This document shows positions 31,128-44,762 of a stretch of DNA of 64,000 nucleotides, one piece after another. The notes beneath the pieces were generated by a model, which was given only the letters and a program-made list of their open reading frames with translations, had not been told where the DNA came from and did not search any database. Position numbers and translations under genes: made by a program. Each line of letters starts with the position of its first letter. The first letter of the stretch is position 1. This DNA comes from Chrysomallon squamiferum (taxonomy: Eukaryota; Animalia; Mollusca), in contig CM022673.1 in the NCBI GenBank assembly GCA_012295275.1, positions 2,976,001-3,040,000 of the forward strand. Reading direction: 5' to 3'.

Positions 31128-31324
31128 CTTAATTTAATTTTTCTAGAACAATAAACTAGCAAACTATTAAATCAGATTAAATCTTCATCTTGGTTTTTGC
31201 ACTGCCGCACCTAAAATAACGTAAATTTTAATTTTGTTTTTGAAAAGTCTTAATTTATATTTTTCTCCTTTTAATTGTAATGTTTATTTCTGGATTGCTT
31301 AATACACCACTAATACACCAACTG

Positions 31325-31355
<31 letters not shown>

Positions 31356-32179
31356 TTATTTTATTCTTTATTATTATTTTTTTGCCAGTGGATATAACGT
31401 CAAGTTATGTCCCAAACGGATTTCGTTCTTTCTTTCTTTTTTTTTGAACCTACATTCTACAACACTGCACAAGAAAACCTAACACTGGATTAAATGCCAG
31501 ATGACTAAATTTTTATTATTTATTCTCACATTTCTCGCGAGGGCCTCGGATTCCTGGACACGGCGAGCCATGTGGTGGTCGGATGTAAAACGGGGAAGAT
31601 AGGTTTTTGACGATTTCTTTTCACAATGCTGTCAAAACAATGGCTGGTGAAACCAGACGCCGTTCACATTGCTGACGATGGTCGTAGTCACGACTGTAAT
31701 TCCTTTCAAGACTTGCAGGAGGAGAACGGCGAACGTGTACACGGCGAAAGTTCAAAAAGCTTTTACAAGTTTTTACTTCTGTGCTTTTTTCATGCTTGGA
31801 AGTTTGTTCAGTGATGGAGCTGTTGCGGTTTAGGAATAAAATATGTTGTTGTTGTTGTTAATTATTTTATTTTACATATTTCATTTTTTTTTATTCTTAT
31901 GCATTGTAATATCAATATCAAGAAAAATTTGATATTTCCGATGCAGCCACCACCACCACCGACATAACAACAACAACAACAACTACTACTGCTACTACTA
32001 TTATTACTACTACTACTACTACTACTACTACTGCAACTACTGTTATAATTATATTATTTTACTAATACTTTTGCTGCTGCTATTACATCTAACATCAACA
32101 ACAACAATAATAATAATAATGAGAAGAAGAAGAAAAAGAAGAAAATACAAAGGCTGAATAAAAGAAGAGAAAATTAGAA

Positions 32180-32223
<44 letters not shown>

Positions 32224-32389
32224 AATGGTTTCTTACGTTAGTTTATTTATATTCAGCACAAATGTATAAACTGTATCTGGACGTTTTGAAATTTATTAAT
32301 TAATCCATAACTTAAAATCCTAATACTAATTCGTTTACACTTTTCCTGCTTTGTGTGTAATGTTCTTTCTCTTCTGTTTTCTTCAACAG

Positions 32390-32767
32390 TTTCAGCCAAA
32401 CCCCTGGGCACCGAACGGCTCCTCGCAGTACCAGATGTCAACCATGGCTCAGATGGGTAACTCTTGCATGATGGGAAACAACCAGAATAACCTCCCTTCC
32501 TTCATGGGGCTGGCTCACCAGAATATGATCGCGGCCTCTCACCAGAACGCAATGATTGCGTCACATCCGAGTGCAATGGCGTCACATCCGAACGTCATGG
32601 CCTCGCACCAGTCTCCGCCTCCACCAGCACTTTCGTACAACCACGCTCAGACGGCTTTAGATCCACCGATAGACACAGAGCGACGAAGCTCCAGCATTGC
32701 AGCTTTGCGACTGAAAGCAAGAGAACACAGCGTTGCAATGGGCATACTTAGTGCATATGGGAAATAA
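32390..32767 (+). CDS. Alx: Alx-family homeobox gene, terminal exon with C-terminal OAR (aristaless) domain
   Basis: Long polypyrimidine tract with CAG at 32387-89, in frame with the previous exon. FQPNPWAPNG...ERRSSSIAALRLKAREHSVAMGILSAYGK*; RSSSIAALRLKAREH is a canonical OAR motif; stop TAA at 32765-67. Confidence 0.95.
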   Translation, partial: FQPNPWAPNGSSQYQMSTMAQMGNSCMMGNNQNNLPSFMGLAHQNMIAASHQNAMIASHPSAMASHPNVMASHQSPPPPALSYNHAQTALDPPIDTERRSSSIAALRLKAREHSVAMGILSAYGK

Positions 32768-34010
32768 AAAAGAACAAAAAAAAACCCAACCAAATAAAAA
32801 CAACAACAAAACAACCGATGAGTACTTTATTCATCTTGATATTGTCTTCAAAATTCATTTGTTTCAAAGGTAATGTGACAAAGAAAGCTGATTGTTAGAA
32901 TAATATGCATTCAGAAGATACCACGTGAAATATCGAAAAATAATAATAATAATTTCGACAGTCCGAATTTTTTTTTTTTTTTTTTGTTTATTTTGGTACG
33001 GTCTGTGAAGCGTTGTACATAGTTCGTGTAACTCAATGAGACAGAATTGTTTTACAAATAAAATTCACACGGCTTTTAATGAGATGTCTGAAAGCGAAAC
33101 CTATTTTTTATGTAACATTCACACGGTGATTCGGAGAGGAAATTGAACGTTAATCAGACACGTGTTACACGACTCTCGTGTTGACCAAAAGAGCTCAAAA
33201 CCACTTCGTCCAAAGCCAGGATCCCCGGACCATCCTTGTGCATTAGATACCCCACACGTGCCTTTTCCCATTAACTCCTAATTGGCGCGCGTCTGAACGG
33301 CAGCTTCCAATTGGCTGTATCCGTTTCGCGTTTGAACAACACCTCGCCTGTTACGGGGCATCAGGAGCGGAATTACGTATCAGATAATCCGCGTTCGTGT
33401 TCCACTGTAATTATCGAGATTCCCAGCTCTTTGGTGTCTTCAGTGGCAATTAGAAATCTGTGTTCAGACGAAATGAGCGAAATTGGTACACGGCCTCGCT
33501 TTTTTCCCTGCGCTTGTAAGACTGGAAGAACGGATTGTACCTACCACATGGTCTGTCGTAGTGCGAGGAGTCCGTGCGTCCAGTGTCAGTGTTGATTCTG
33601 TTTATTATTAAATTAGCGCAGAACGAGAAGGTGAAACAACCAGTTAACGTCCAGTAATGACAGTTTCTTGGAGATTTTAAGAAGAAGAAAAAGAAGAAGA
33701 AGATGAAGAAGAAGAAGACAGAAATGACGTAATCGATGATGTAAGCATTAAAAAATCGATGACGTAATCAACCACAATCGATGCCGTAAGCAATAGACTT
33801 ATTGTTGTTTTCGTCATATCGATACCTAAAGCAACTGGAACCGATTTCTGCGAGTCGATACGTGCTGTTTTAATGTGAATTTCTTCGAGGAGAATTTCCG
33901 TCCAACAATTAGTGTTTTGTGTAATGACAAGATAACGTAAATGTAGAAATCATTGATTTATTTCTCTTTTATTTGTGTCCAGAAATAAATAATTGTTCAT
34001 AATTTCAAAA
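32768..34010 (+). other. Probable 3' UTR of the Alx gene (end uncertain)
   Basis: Mostly unique, moderately GC-rich sequence after the stop, with AATAAA near 33057 and 33984, then a return to microsatellite-rich DNA. Confidence 0.4.
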
Positions 34011-34077
34011 TGTTTCACCTTTTTCTTCACTGTCTTTAATGTATAAAATATACAGCGAGAAAGAATGAGTGAAAGAT

Positions 34078-34186
<109 letters not shown>

Positions 34187-34773
34187 TAATAATAATAATT
34201 AATTTAATTCAGAATACTTACAAGTTTATTCCAACTTATTTTCATCTACTAAAACAGATATAGAATTTTGTAGCCGAACTCATTTTTTAAAAGTATCTTG
34301 TCAAATCTTAAGCACTGGTAAAATGGTGGAAGAAAGATAACTGGGACAAGCAGAATGATTTTATTAAGTAAAAAGTAGCAAGAGTTATCTTTCTTGCCCT
34401 TCAGAAAAGAAAAATGGACATAAAATATTGCCAAGTACATAATTATTTCACATAAATTGTAAAATACTTAAAACACTTATACAAATCGATACATAAGAAC
34501 ATGAAATTAAATATTCACTTCACTTTTAGTATTTGAGCATATACGTGGGAAATTGCATATCAATAGTAAATCCTAAAATGGGAAAAGGTAACCGAAATAA
34601 ATATTTCTGAAAGACAAAGTAATATAAATGTATTTAAATTCTGTCATTGAACTTATAAACGTTCACAAAATTTGGTAAACTTACTAAAAAGAAAAATTAA
34701 TATAAATTAATTCAGTAAGAAAAAGAGAGAATGAGATAGATAATAAATGAATGAGAGAAAAAACAGAGAGAAT

Positions 34774-34850
<77 letters not shown>

Positions 34851-36143
34851 CTCAGAGGTATAGTTCTCCAGTTATGTGCAAAAACTGGATAATCACAAAG
34901 TTACTAAAGAACAAAAACAGTTGACACAGGGAAGAGGCTAATTTTGCTAGTTATATCCTACGGAGTTTTAACTGATCTCTGCCTGAGATAAACAACAAGT
35001 AACTAAAACATGTACTTTCTAATTCATTTGTTTATGCTTGCAGCCAACAGACCCTTTCACTCTTTTAACTGGTGGAATAAAAAAATAATGGAAAATAAAC
35101 GAGCGAATAATTTACATGGTGTGACATAAAGAAACGGTACTGGTAAAAAGAAATTAATATATTTTCAACAGATACGTCTGGTCGTATGAAGATTTCAGTA
35201 AAGCTTAGGTCTAAGCCCATTGTATTCACAACAGACAGTTTTGTCATTTCTACGCTGGACAGAATACAGGGGGGAAAAAACCCAACCCGGAGACTTCTTT
35301 TATTATTAATTACAATGGACGGGAATCAAAGTAGCCGACACGGATTATAATGGGTGAAAAGACCTCAAGCATTTTCTAATAATGTTTTTTTATAACTGAA
35401 AATCTCTTCATACATTGTTTCCTTTCACATTTAACAGCAGTGTTTATACATTCTTTTTTTCTTAAATGTGAACAAAACAAGCAGCAAATCCACAGAATGC
35501 ACCAAATACTCGAACCCGTACACGTTTGTTCTTAGACAAAGCTGCTTCTCTGACTATCCTTGTCAACATGAACAGCATGTTTCATTTCTTCTGAGAGCAG
35601 TTTTCATATCTACCACCGACCAAAGGTAACGCATAAACTTGAAGATGTATGTCTAATTATGGATCACGCGTACGATATTTCAGAATAATTTTGGTAAGCT
35701 TGTATTATATATTAATATTATTTAAATAATAAAAAATACTTGACGAAAACCTATGATGATTTTCGAATTAAGATTCAAAGGAAATTATAGTTTGATCAGG
35801 ATTATAAAGTTTCGTCTCACTATTATAATTAATAATATTAGTAATATTAACAGTATCAGTTTTTTTCTGGTTGTGTGTCTGTAGGTGTCTGTGTATAAAA
35901 CTATGTGTTTGTAAATGTGTGCATTTTTTACGCATGTACGTATATACATGTATGTATGTATGTATGTTTTTATATATATGTGTGTATATGTTTGTGTAAG
36001 TGTGTCCTGTTGTAAAGATGAATATCGAAACACAAATAAGGTTAGTTTCATTAAATTTTAATAATAATAATAATAATAATAATAGCACTAATAATAATAA
36101 TGAGGATGATGATTATGATGATGTTAATAACAACAACAACAAC

Positions 36144-36192
<49 letters not shown>

Positions 36193-36599
36193 GTAATATT
36201 TAAAGAGCTTCTTTATTAATTTTTTTATTGGAATTTATTTGAACTAAAAAAACCCGGATAATCCTTTCAAAAGGTTTGATAAAATTTCTAAATCATGTTG
36301 GTTAACATGAAACTGCCTGATACGTTTAACAAGAAATATTACAAAATTTAGTCAATACTGACAAATCGTTTCTTTCACTGGCTTTACTTTTATACTTTGA
36401 TTACTGTCATTTGTGTGTATGTGTGTGTGTCCGCGATAAACTTCTTATTGTAATTTTATATTTAACAGTAATTAGTAAAAAATAGTAATTTTAATAGAGA
36501 ACAAATAAATTGTTTTACACGTGTTAAAGGCATATCCTATTTATTGCATTTCTCTTATTTCTTTCTTTATTTCTTTATGTTCTTGTTTATTTCTTTTGT

Positions 36600-36631
<32 letters not shown>

Positions 36632-36767
36632 TTCTTGTTTATTTACTTATTTATTTGCTACGCGATAGGTATAATCTATTGTGAGAATAAAAATGACAAA
36701 ATTACGACAGTAATTATAACCGGTTTTGGGCTCGTTTGTTGATGCATTTGTATTATATATACGACTA

Positions 36768-37330
36768 CAGTGGAACCTCGGGTTACGAACTAAATTCGTT
36801 CCAGAAATCGGTTCGTAAACCGAATTATACGAAAAACAAAGCGATGTCAGACACAGGAACGCCACTCTCAGGTTTTGCAGTTATTTATTTCTTAACCTCT
36901 ACTGTGATACGTTTATACTTTCTACCATCATTATCGCTTTCACTTTTTGTTTTCTTGGGTGCCATATTGGAAATGATATAATAAAAAGATAAACACATAA
37001 AAGCACAAAATCTTTTAAAAATGCGAGCGCACAATCTTAGTGCAAAAGCTATTGAGCTGCAACTGTGCATCGAAGACTAAAGGCCTTAATTTTATGATAT
37101 ATATTCGCTATAGGGCATGCCTATTACTTTGACTTCGGTTTTGACGTAAGTATCTATTCTTATTTTTACTAGATGCTGACGTCAAAACCGACGTCATAAA
37201 TAAGCTTATCATGGCGCGTCGCTGTAACTCGGACATTCTTCGTAAACCGAGAAAAAAAAAATTGCCAAAGATCAGGGTTCGAATCCGATTTGTTCGTGCT
37301 TCGAGGCGTTCGTAACCTGAGGTTCCACTG
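36768..37330. mobile_element. Non-autonomous Tc1/mariner-superfamily DNA transposon (pogo/Tigger-type MITE), 563 bp
   Basis: 23-bp terminal inverted repeats CAGTGGAACCTC(G/A)GGTTACGAAC with one mismatch, TA on both flanks (36766-67, 37331-32), subterminal TTCGTAAACCGA repeats, no transposase ORF. Confidence 0.9.
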
Positions 37331-37922
37331 TAATAATATGAGTATGTATGATGCATGCAACATTGATATATGTAATATGTTAATATATTTATTTATTACA
37401 TCAATAAAACTGACTATAAACGTTTGCGTAAAGAAACCATTTAACGCTTCATTTAAGATAACTTTCCTTTAACGTTCTTTTTCAAAACACTCGAGTGTTA
37501 GAAACTACAACAACTGTCTTTTTAATCCTTTTTATTTCACAGCCTACATAACGTTTTATTTAACAAGAGATCAATAGGAGGCGAGCTCAGAACTCGGTTC
37601 AATACATTTTGTTGTTATCAATACTGTGACCATCTAACTATGATATTATACGTCGATTGTACGTGAATGACATTTCACGTGGAAAATCTTGATTTCTATT
37701 GCAGGCAAAGAGTCTAATTTGAATGTCATTTACAACGTGACAAACAGACCACTACAGCATTTGAATAAGAAATGGCCTCGAGTTTCCAAATCGATTTTCA
37801 TTTTGGACGTGTGAAGAATAGATAAGAGATTTTTCTGAATGTAACGAAACAGACGACACAGAGAAAGTTATTCAATAACGAATAGAAGGATTACAATAAT
37901 TAAAAAGAAATACATATATACA

Positions 37923-37956
<34 letters not shown>

Positions 37957-38021
37957 TATAATAAACCTTCAGATAAAGCATGAATAACATAGCATATAAA
38001 TCTAACTAGGAAATAGCAACA

Positions 38022-38872
38022 ATGTTGACTAAACATACACGCCCCAGTTCATCTCATTCCGCGCATGGTGCGAGCGAGTCGGTGAGAAAACGAGAATCGA
38101 GACTCGAGGGTGAAACTCGCGCAGGAAACCGATTGTTCGTGAACAAAGTGCCCCGTTACGTGACACATTCTGGCTGCAGAGGGCTAAAGAAACAGACAAA
38201 AGCGGTTTTAAGCATGTCACCATAGAAAGCAGACAAAGACCACTGGAAATCGCTGATGGTTACGGTGCTGGTGGTAGACGCGGTGCCAGGACAGAAATCA
38301 GGACCACAGCGGATAAGCAAAGACTGTCTTTGAAACTAAGACCGTACAGCGCCCAAGTGCCAAAGAGTTTTTTCGAAACCGGGAATACTTCAGGAAACGC
38401 AGTCAGTGGCAGACTTTTAGGAAACTTCAGACCAAGCAGTGCTGCAGTGTTGCATATCAGAAAGGAGAAGGAAGCGAGAGCCATAGAAGACGCTCAGAGG
38501 CTAAGAAGACAAAAAACCTTTCCTTTCAGACAGGAAGCAAAAGAAGATTTCAGAGGGAAGTCGAGGCTGGGTTGTTCAGATCAAATCGTGTCTACCTGCT
38601 GGTGTCGACCGTCGTCCAGTGTTAGAATCGCCACTTCCAGATTGGCCAGTACAAAGTCCGGACTCGTCAGACCAGTTCCTTCGTTTGGTTCCGTTGCAGG
38701 GACCATAGACATAATACAACACTGGAGCAAGTTGAAATACAGAAACCGAAGCAGTAGACGAATCAAAGAGCTTGCCGAACAGGGCCACCATGTCGATGAC
38801 GTAAGAAGATTGAGGTACAGCCTGACAAAAGAACAACAAGAAGAAATGGACAGAGACGAGGAAAATGATAAG
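38022..38872 (+). CDS. CNBD2-like cyclic-nucleotide-binding protein, exon 1 (basic low-complexity N-terminus; start and frame unresolved)
   Basis: ATG ORF 38022-38225 (MLTKHTRPSSSHSAHG...) overlaps a second frame open from 38114 to donor AAG|GTCAGT at 38872/3 (...RPYSAQ...RPSSAA...RPSSSV...EEMDRDEENDK). The second frame splices in phase 0 to exon 2. Confidence 0.65.
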
Positions 38873-38930
38873 GTCAGTTTAATTCATAAATGATTCTTTT
38901 AACCACTCTTTGTATTTGAAATTTAAAAAA

Positions 38931-38987
<57 letters not shown>

Positions 38988-40246
38988 ATTTGTAAACAAT
39001 CTTCTCCTCAACTACTATCATCAGTATCTCCGACGTCATCATCATTATAACCATCACGCCAATTATCATTAGTACTTCTACAATTACTGATACAGATAAC
39101 AATAATAGTTACATTTTAGAATTATATATTATTACTACAATACTAGTATTTCTACTACCATTAGTATTATTACTACAACTACGATGACTATTACCAACAT
39201 CATGACACCTACCATTACTAATATTAAAAATGCTACCACTATTTATGCAACTAATCACTCAAATATTAGTAATAATACTACTTGTACCATACATAAACTG
39301 TATACATAAACTAATACTACAACGTATACAATTGTTACTTAAACTTTAATTGCAACCACAACAACTAAATGCCACGAATCAATTTTTTTTTTTTTTTTAT
39401 ATATTCTTTTACCAATATTCTGCATCCTCTGTTTAAAACATTGCCTCTGTGCCATGTACAAGTAATAACTGGATTTAAGCCAGGTTTTTTTTTATCAGTG
39501 TTCTGCAAGGACAGTATTACTGGTAATCTATTATTTCTGAATCAGTGCAACACGGAAACAAACGTTGTTTTCCATGGATTCTGTCACGGCTACTTGAATG
39601 AATTGTTCCATCAAATGGGCGGATATTGATGTGTCTCATGTCCACTGCATTATTAATATCGCAGCAATAAGATTAGTTTATGTAGTAATATGCCTGAGTG
39701 AGGTACAATATGTTTAAGAACAATATTAATGTTATGTCAGTTCGAGTTAGCTAATTATTTCATTGAGAAATATATTCAAAAATGAGGTGAAGAGCCACTT
39801 CAAGTCTATGATTTATTGCTGTTAAAATGTGTTATTCCCATTTAAAGTGATTATCTGCAGATCTCTCTATTTTATCTAGTAAATCTTCAGTATTCAATGC
39901 TGTTTATTTTACCCTTACAAACATTATGGAATCGCTAATGTAAATATGATGGTAATAGTTGTTTTAGATGTTGTAGTAGTAGCAACGGAAATAGTAGTAG
40001 TAGTAGTATTGGCAGAAACAGTAACAGCAGAAATAGCAGAAGTGTTAACAGTAGTTTTGGTAGTGATTGTAGTAGTAATATTAACAGTATTTGGAGTAGA
40101 AGATAATGATTATTGGTGAATTAACAAATGGACTAATGGAACAAATACATTTCCTGCCAAACAGGTTTGTGCCGTTTTAATGTATCACCATTAATACAGG
40201 ATTACCAATGATTTCTTTTTATTTAATATTTAACTATCAAGTAACC

Positions 40247-40420
<174 letters not shown>

Positions 40421-40970
40421 TTCACCTTTGCTTAAATAGTATTCTCAGTTTATTTCGATAGGATTTATCAACGACGCTTATTCCTGAACAGGTATTTCCA
40501 TGCAACTAATAATGCTCAGTTCCTATTTTGCAAACGAGGAGTATCACCTGTCAGTTGTTTAGTGTGATAAGAATGATAAATTAGTTTAATTAAGGTGACC
40601 AATCTATAAAAGACAGGCAGAAATCAATACTAATGGTACTTTTTGTTTAAATTAATAGCTTGTTATCCAAAGATAAATTATACTGGCATGTATGTTTCGC
40701 TGACCATGCAAACATAAACATTATGATACAGATATATTAACATACAAATAAGGACACACACACACACCTACTTAAGCACATATATTAATATATAATAATA
40801 ATATATATATATATATAAAGGTGTTTTTGTAAATTCAAAGTGAATTTAAATTTGTTGATACAGTGGTCTACTTTTGAATTAATAATTTTGCAAAGATACA
40901 GTGATTAATCGACTCAGTTTTTGAAGATGTTTTAAACCCTGCTGTAATGCACGTGTGTGTGTAATTTCAG

Positions 40971-41186
40971 CGGCGCACCCGGACGTTCTGGTGGTACTGC
41001 AAGGTCATCAAGGCCGTGGTGAAGCTGGCGCTGGACATGCAGAAGCTGTCCATGCTGAGAACGGAACAGACCCCGATCTCGGAAATGTACTACATCAACG
41101 TGGCCGGACCCAGCATCCAGGAAGAAGACTCCGACGAAAACACGATTCTGTTCTTCGACAAGTCGTGGTTTTCTCGAAAACGTGCT
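40971..41186 (+). CDS. CNBD2-like gene exon 2
   Basis: tttCAG acceptor, GCT|GTACGT donor, 216 nt; RRTRTFWWYCKVIKAVVKLALDMQK...LFFDKSWFSRKRA; GC3-rich coding signature. Confidence 0.85.
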
Positions 41187-41649
41187 GTACGTTTTTGTTT
41201 TCTTCTTGTCAGTTCTCAGGCTTGTGTCATAGATCGTAAATTCTCTAGAAAATTTCCAGTTTATTAATTTTTCTTTTCAGATGCTACAAAATAAGTAAAA
41301 TATATAACAATAATTTAGTTATTAATTTTCAAATAAATGGTAGAAAAAAAATAACGTTGTGTGTACTTTTTGTTATGTTATAATACAGTTTGGTACAGTA
41401 CATACTGACATGTTTGTTCTGACATGAATTGCTGATGTATCTCTGATAGTATTGTAATTTCCAGAGGGAGAAGCTGAAGTACTGTAAAATAAACATGTCA
41501 TCAGAATTACCTGAGGCTGTATAATATAATAATACCCACAACAACATTATTTTGGAAATTATATATATATATAATATAATATAATAAAATAAAATAAAAC
41601 CAAAATAATATTAAATTTCCAATATACTGTTGTCGTGGGTACACATTAC

Positions 41650-41720
<71 letters not shown>

Positions 41721-41909
41721 TTTATATATATATATATATGTATATGTATGTATGTATATGTATGTATTTATATATATGTGTATATATATATGTATGTATG
41801 TATGTATGTACACACACACACATAAACAAACACACACACACATAACAAGTACACAAGACAATGGTATTTGGAAATGTATCTGATCTCTTGTTTCTCTTGT
41901 TGTTGACAG

Positions 41910-42079
41910 ACGTGCAGGGTGCCCTACTGGGCCCAGGCCATCACGCTGAGGTCACCAGAAGACAGGACCGAGGAGGAGATTAACCATCTACACAACCTGT
42001 TACTCAACATGAGAAGTTTCAAAGAAAGGTTCACAGAGGAAATGAGACTGAAAATTTGTAAAGCTATCCGATACACAAA
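41910..42079 (+). CDS. CNBD2-like gene exon 3 (helical segment preceding cNMP domain A)
   Basis: ttgttgaCAG acceptor, AA|GTACGA donor (phase 2); TCRVPYWAQAITLRSPEDRTEEEINHLHNLLLNMRSFKERFTEEMRLKICKAIRYTK. The PxxRTxEEI...L..F motif typically precedes cNMP-binding domains. Confidence 0.9.
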
Positions 42080-42879
42080 GTACGATATTTTACACACACA
42101 AATAAATACACACACACACATACACACTCGTACATAAATACATATACATCGTAGCATACATATATCCGTACATACATACATACATATATACACATATGCA
42201 TACATACATTCATCCATATATATAGAAATTCACTTATGTATACATACACAAACACTCATATATACATTTATACACATAGCTACATACAAAAAACATACGT
42301 ACATACTACATACACACATACATTAACACCCATACATGCTTTCAAATACTATATTGAATATATCTGTGTGTTTATCTCTCTATAGCTACTATACCTATAA
42401 TTTTATGACCCAACAAATACTTGTACATAACAACAACACGAGATCATTTTTTTTTTAACAGATAAACAAACACATTAACACGTGAACGGACACTTGCACT
42501 AACAGACAAACAAACAAACAAACACTCCCAGACAGTGTTCCCATTACTCCGACACGCATTAAACATGAATCTTGGATCTTTTGCATTCAGTAACATTTTT
42601 TTTTTTTAACGCCTGAGTGAATAATCTCGTTTTACAAAGTACCTTGTACAAAACTGCTTACAGTACTCGTCTTCTGAAATGCAGAGCCGTTGACGACAAT
42701 GTCCCATACAGCGCCTACAAAGGTAACACGTTGGTTTAGGCAGTGAAAAGGTGTCGAGTGAGATTTCACGGGCTTCAAAAGTCAGTGGGCACCTATTGTG
42801 TTGATATTTTTCTTTCATCCTTTTGACTTTTGTCAAGGGTGGATTGCACTTCAGCTTTTATGGTGTTGGTTTAAGGTAT

Positions 42880-43125
42880 GCTTGCTATTTCTGGAGTGTG
42901 GTGTGTGTCCTAGGATCAACCCTCGTCAGGGGCACCTTTAAGTCTGTTAGCCAGTAAAGTCTTAGCCCCGCCACAGATTTATCGAAGATCTTGCTATTAA
43001 CTCTCCTGCCTATGGGAAGGTGCATATAACTGATTCCTTTCTGCTAAAGGAAAACGGTAACTCACTGATGTCTCGACACTTTCGTTTTCATTTTCATATC
43101 GTGTGTAACTGACGCCAATAATCTG
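42880..43125 (+). mobile_element. Degenerate SINE-like dispersed repeat
   Basis: Shares a core (TCCTGCCTATGGGAAGGTGCATATAA..GATTCC..TGCT) with the reverse complement of about 45530-45575. Layout resembles tRNA-derived SINEs I recall from gastropods; not verified. Confidence 0.5.
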
Positions 43126-43617
43126 CGACAGAGGCGCCCCCGGCTTTGTCAGATAACGTGACTATCGCAGGCGTGCTTGAGAGCAGTTTCCTCAGATTAG
43201 CACGTAAATTCTTTTTCAGTCAGTCCGACGCCAATGATTACCAGAATCTTTATGCACTTTTATGTGTAGGTGTATGTGTGTGTGTATGTGTATGTGTGTG
43301 TGTGTATGTGTGTGTGTATGTGTGTGTGTGTATGTGTATGTGTGTGTGTATGTGTGTGTGTGTGTATGTGTGTGTGTATGTGAATGTGTATGTGTGTGTG
43401 TATGTGTGTGTATGTGTGTATGTGTGTGTGTGTGTCTACTGTATTGCTGGTAATACTAATACAACTGCTCCTATTATTATTATTGTTGTTGTTGTTACTA
43501 TTATTATTAATACTACAATAAAAAACAAACAATTACTATTACTACTACTTATAACTATTACTAAAACAACAACAGCTACTACTGCCACAATTACTGCTAC
43601 AATCACTTACATTTCAG

Positions 43618-43780
43618 GTGTGACAAAGGGCGGGTGATTCTTCGACAGGGACATCTAGGACTGGATTTCTATTTTATATTTTCCGGTTCGGTGTTTGTAC
43701 AGATAGATACTGAAGACAAGGCTACAGGAACCATTCACACGACTACAGAGAATGTAATCAGACACGGAGAGTCGTTTGGA
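43618..43780 (+). CDS. CNBD2-like gene exon 4 (cNMP-binding domain A, beta-roll)
   Basis: atttCAG acceptor, GGA|GTAAGT donor; CDKGRVILRQGHLGLDFYFIFSGSVFV...HGESFG is a classic cNMP-binding signature. Confidence 0.93.
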
Positions 43781-44274
43781 GTAAGTAAAATTAACAATAA
43801 ACCAATCCTGACTTTTTTTTTTTTTTTATACCCAGTGAATCCTGAAGGGAGAGTCTCATTGATACACACTATCAGTGTATCCAGATAAATGTATCCAGGA
43901 CAAGGTGTATCAATAAATCCAGAAAATAAACCATCAGCATGTTTTTATTTTTTTTTGCGACCACAATATGGCGCTACAGGCAATGAGAATCGGTACAAAT
44001 TCTACACTACGATGTAGACTCAGCCTTTTATGACTTTTTACACTATTGATTTATTTTTTTTCAAACCCTCGATGTTGGATAATATATAAATTTAATATAT
44101 CGATTTTTATTATCATATCATTAAGCAATGTGTGAAAAGTTAATCATAGTATATATATTAAAGCGTTATAACTGAATAAATATATTATTTATTGAAAAAT
44201 AATTATTTAGATATTTCGTCCGAAAACTGGGTTATCTCCCTTGCATCATGCTTCTTGCTTTTTTATCACAAATT

Positions 44275-44343
<69 letters not shown>

Positions 44344-44762
44344 TCTACTGCACTAGAGCAGCAACAACACAACAATGATGCGGTTGACTGATAAAACATA
44401 AAGAAAAACATATTTTTAAATCAAGACCAAATTTAAATTTATTATTATTATTTTACATTATTATTATTATTATTATGATTATTATATTAATAAACAAATT
44501 AATAAATTATTTATTTATTTATTTATTATTATTATTATTTATTATTATTATTATATTAATAAAACAAAAAATTAATAAAAATCAAGACCAAATTTATTAT
44601 TATTTATTTATTATTTTATTATTATTTATTTATTTATTTATTTAAACAAATTTAAATTATTTTTTATTTATTTCTTCTTTTTTTTCTTCTTCTTCTTATT
44701 CTTCTTATTATTATTATGCTTAATTTAATAAAAATAAAAATAAAAACATTTGCTTGCTGCAG

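Noticed and set aside
31520-31820. GC-rich patch in the last Alx intron as a possible extra exon
   Set aside because: No convincing acceptor/donor pair keeping frame, and the flanking exons already join as in other Alx genes (YSQ|FQPNPW); more likely regulatory.
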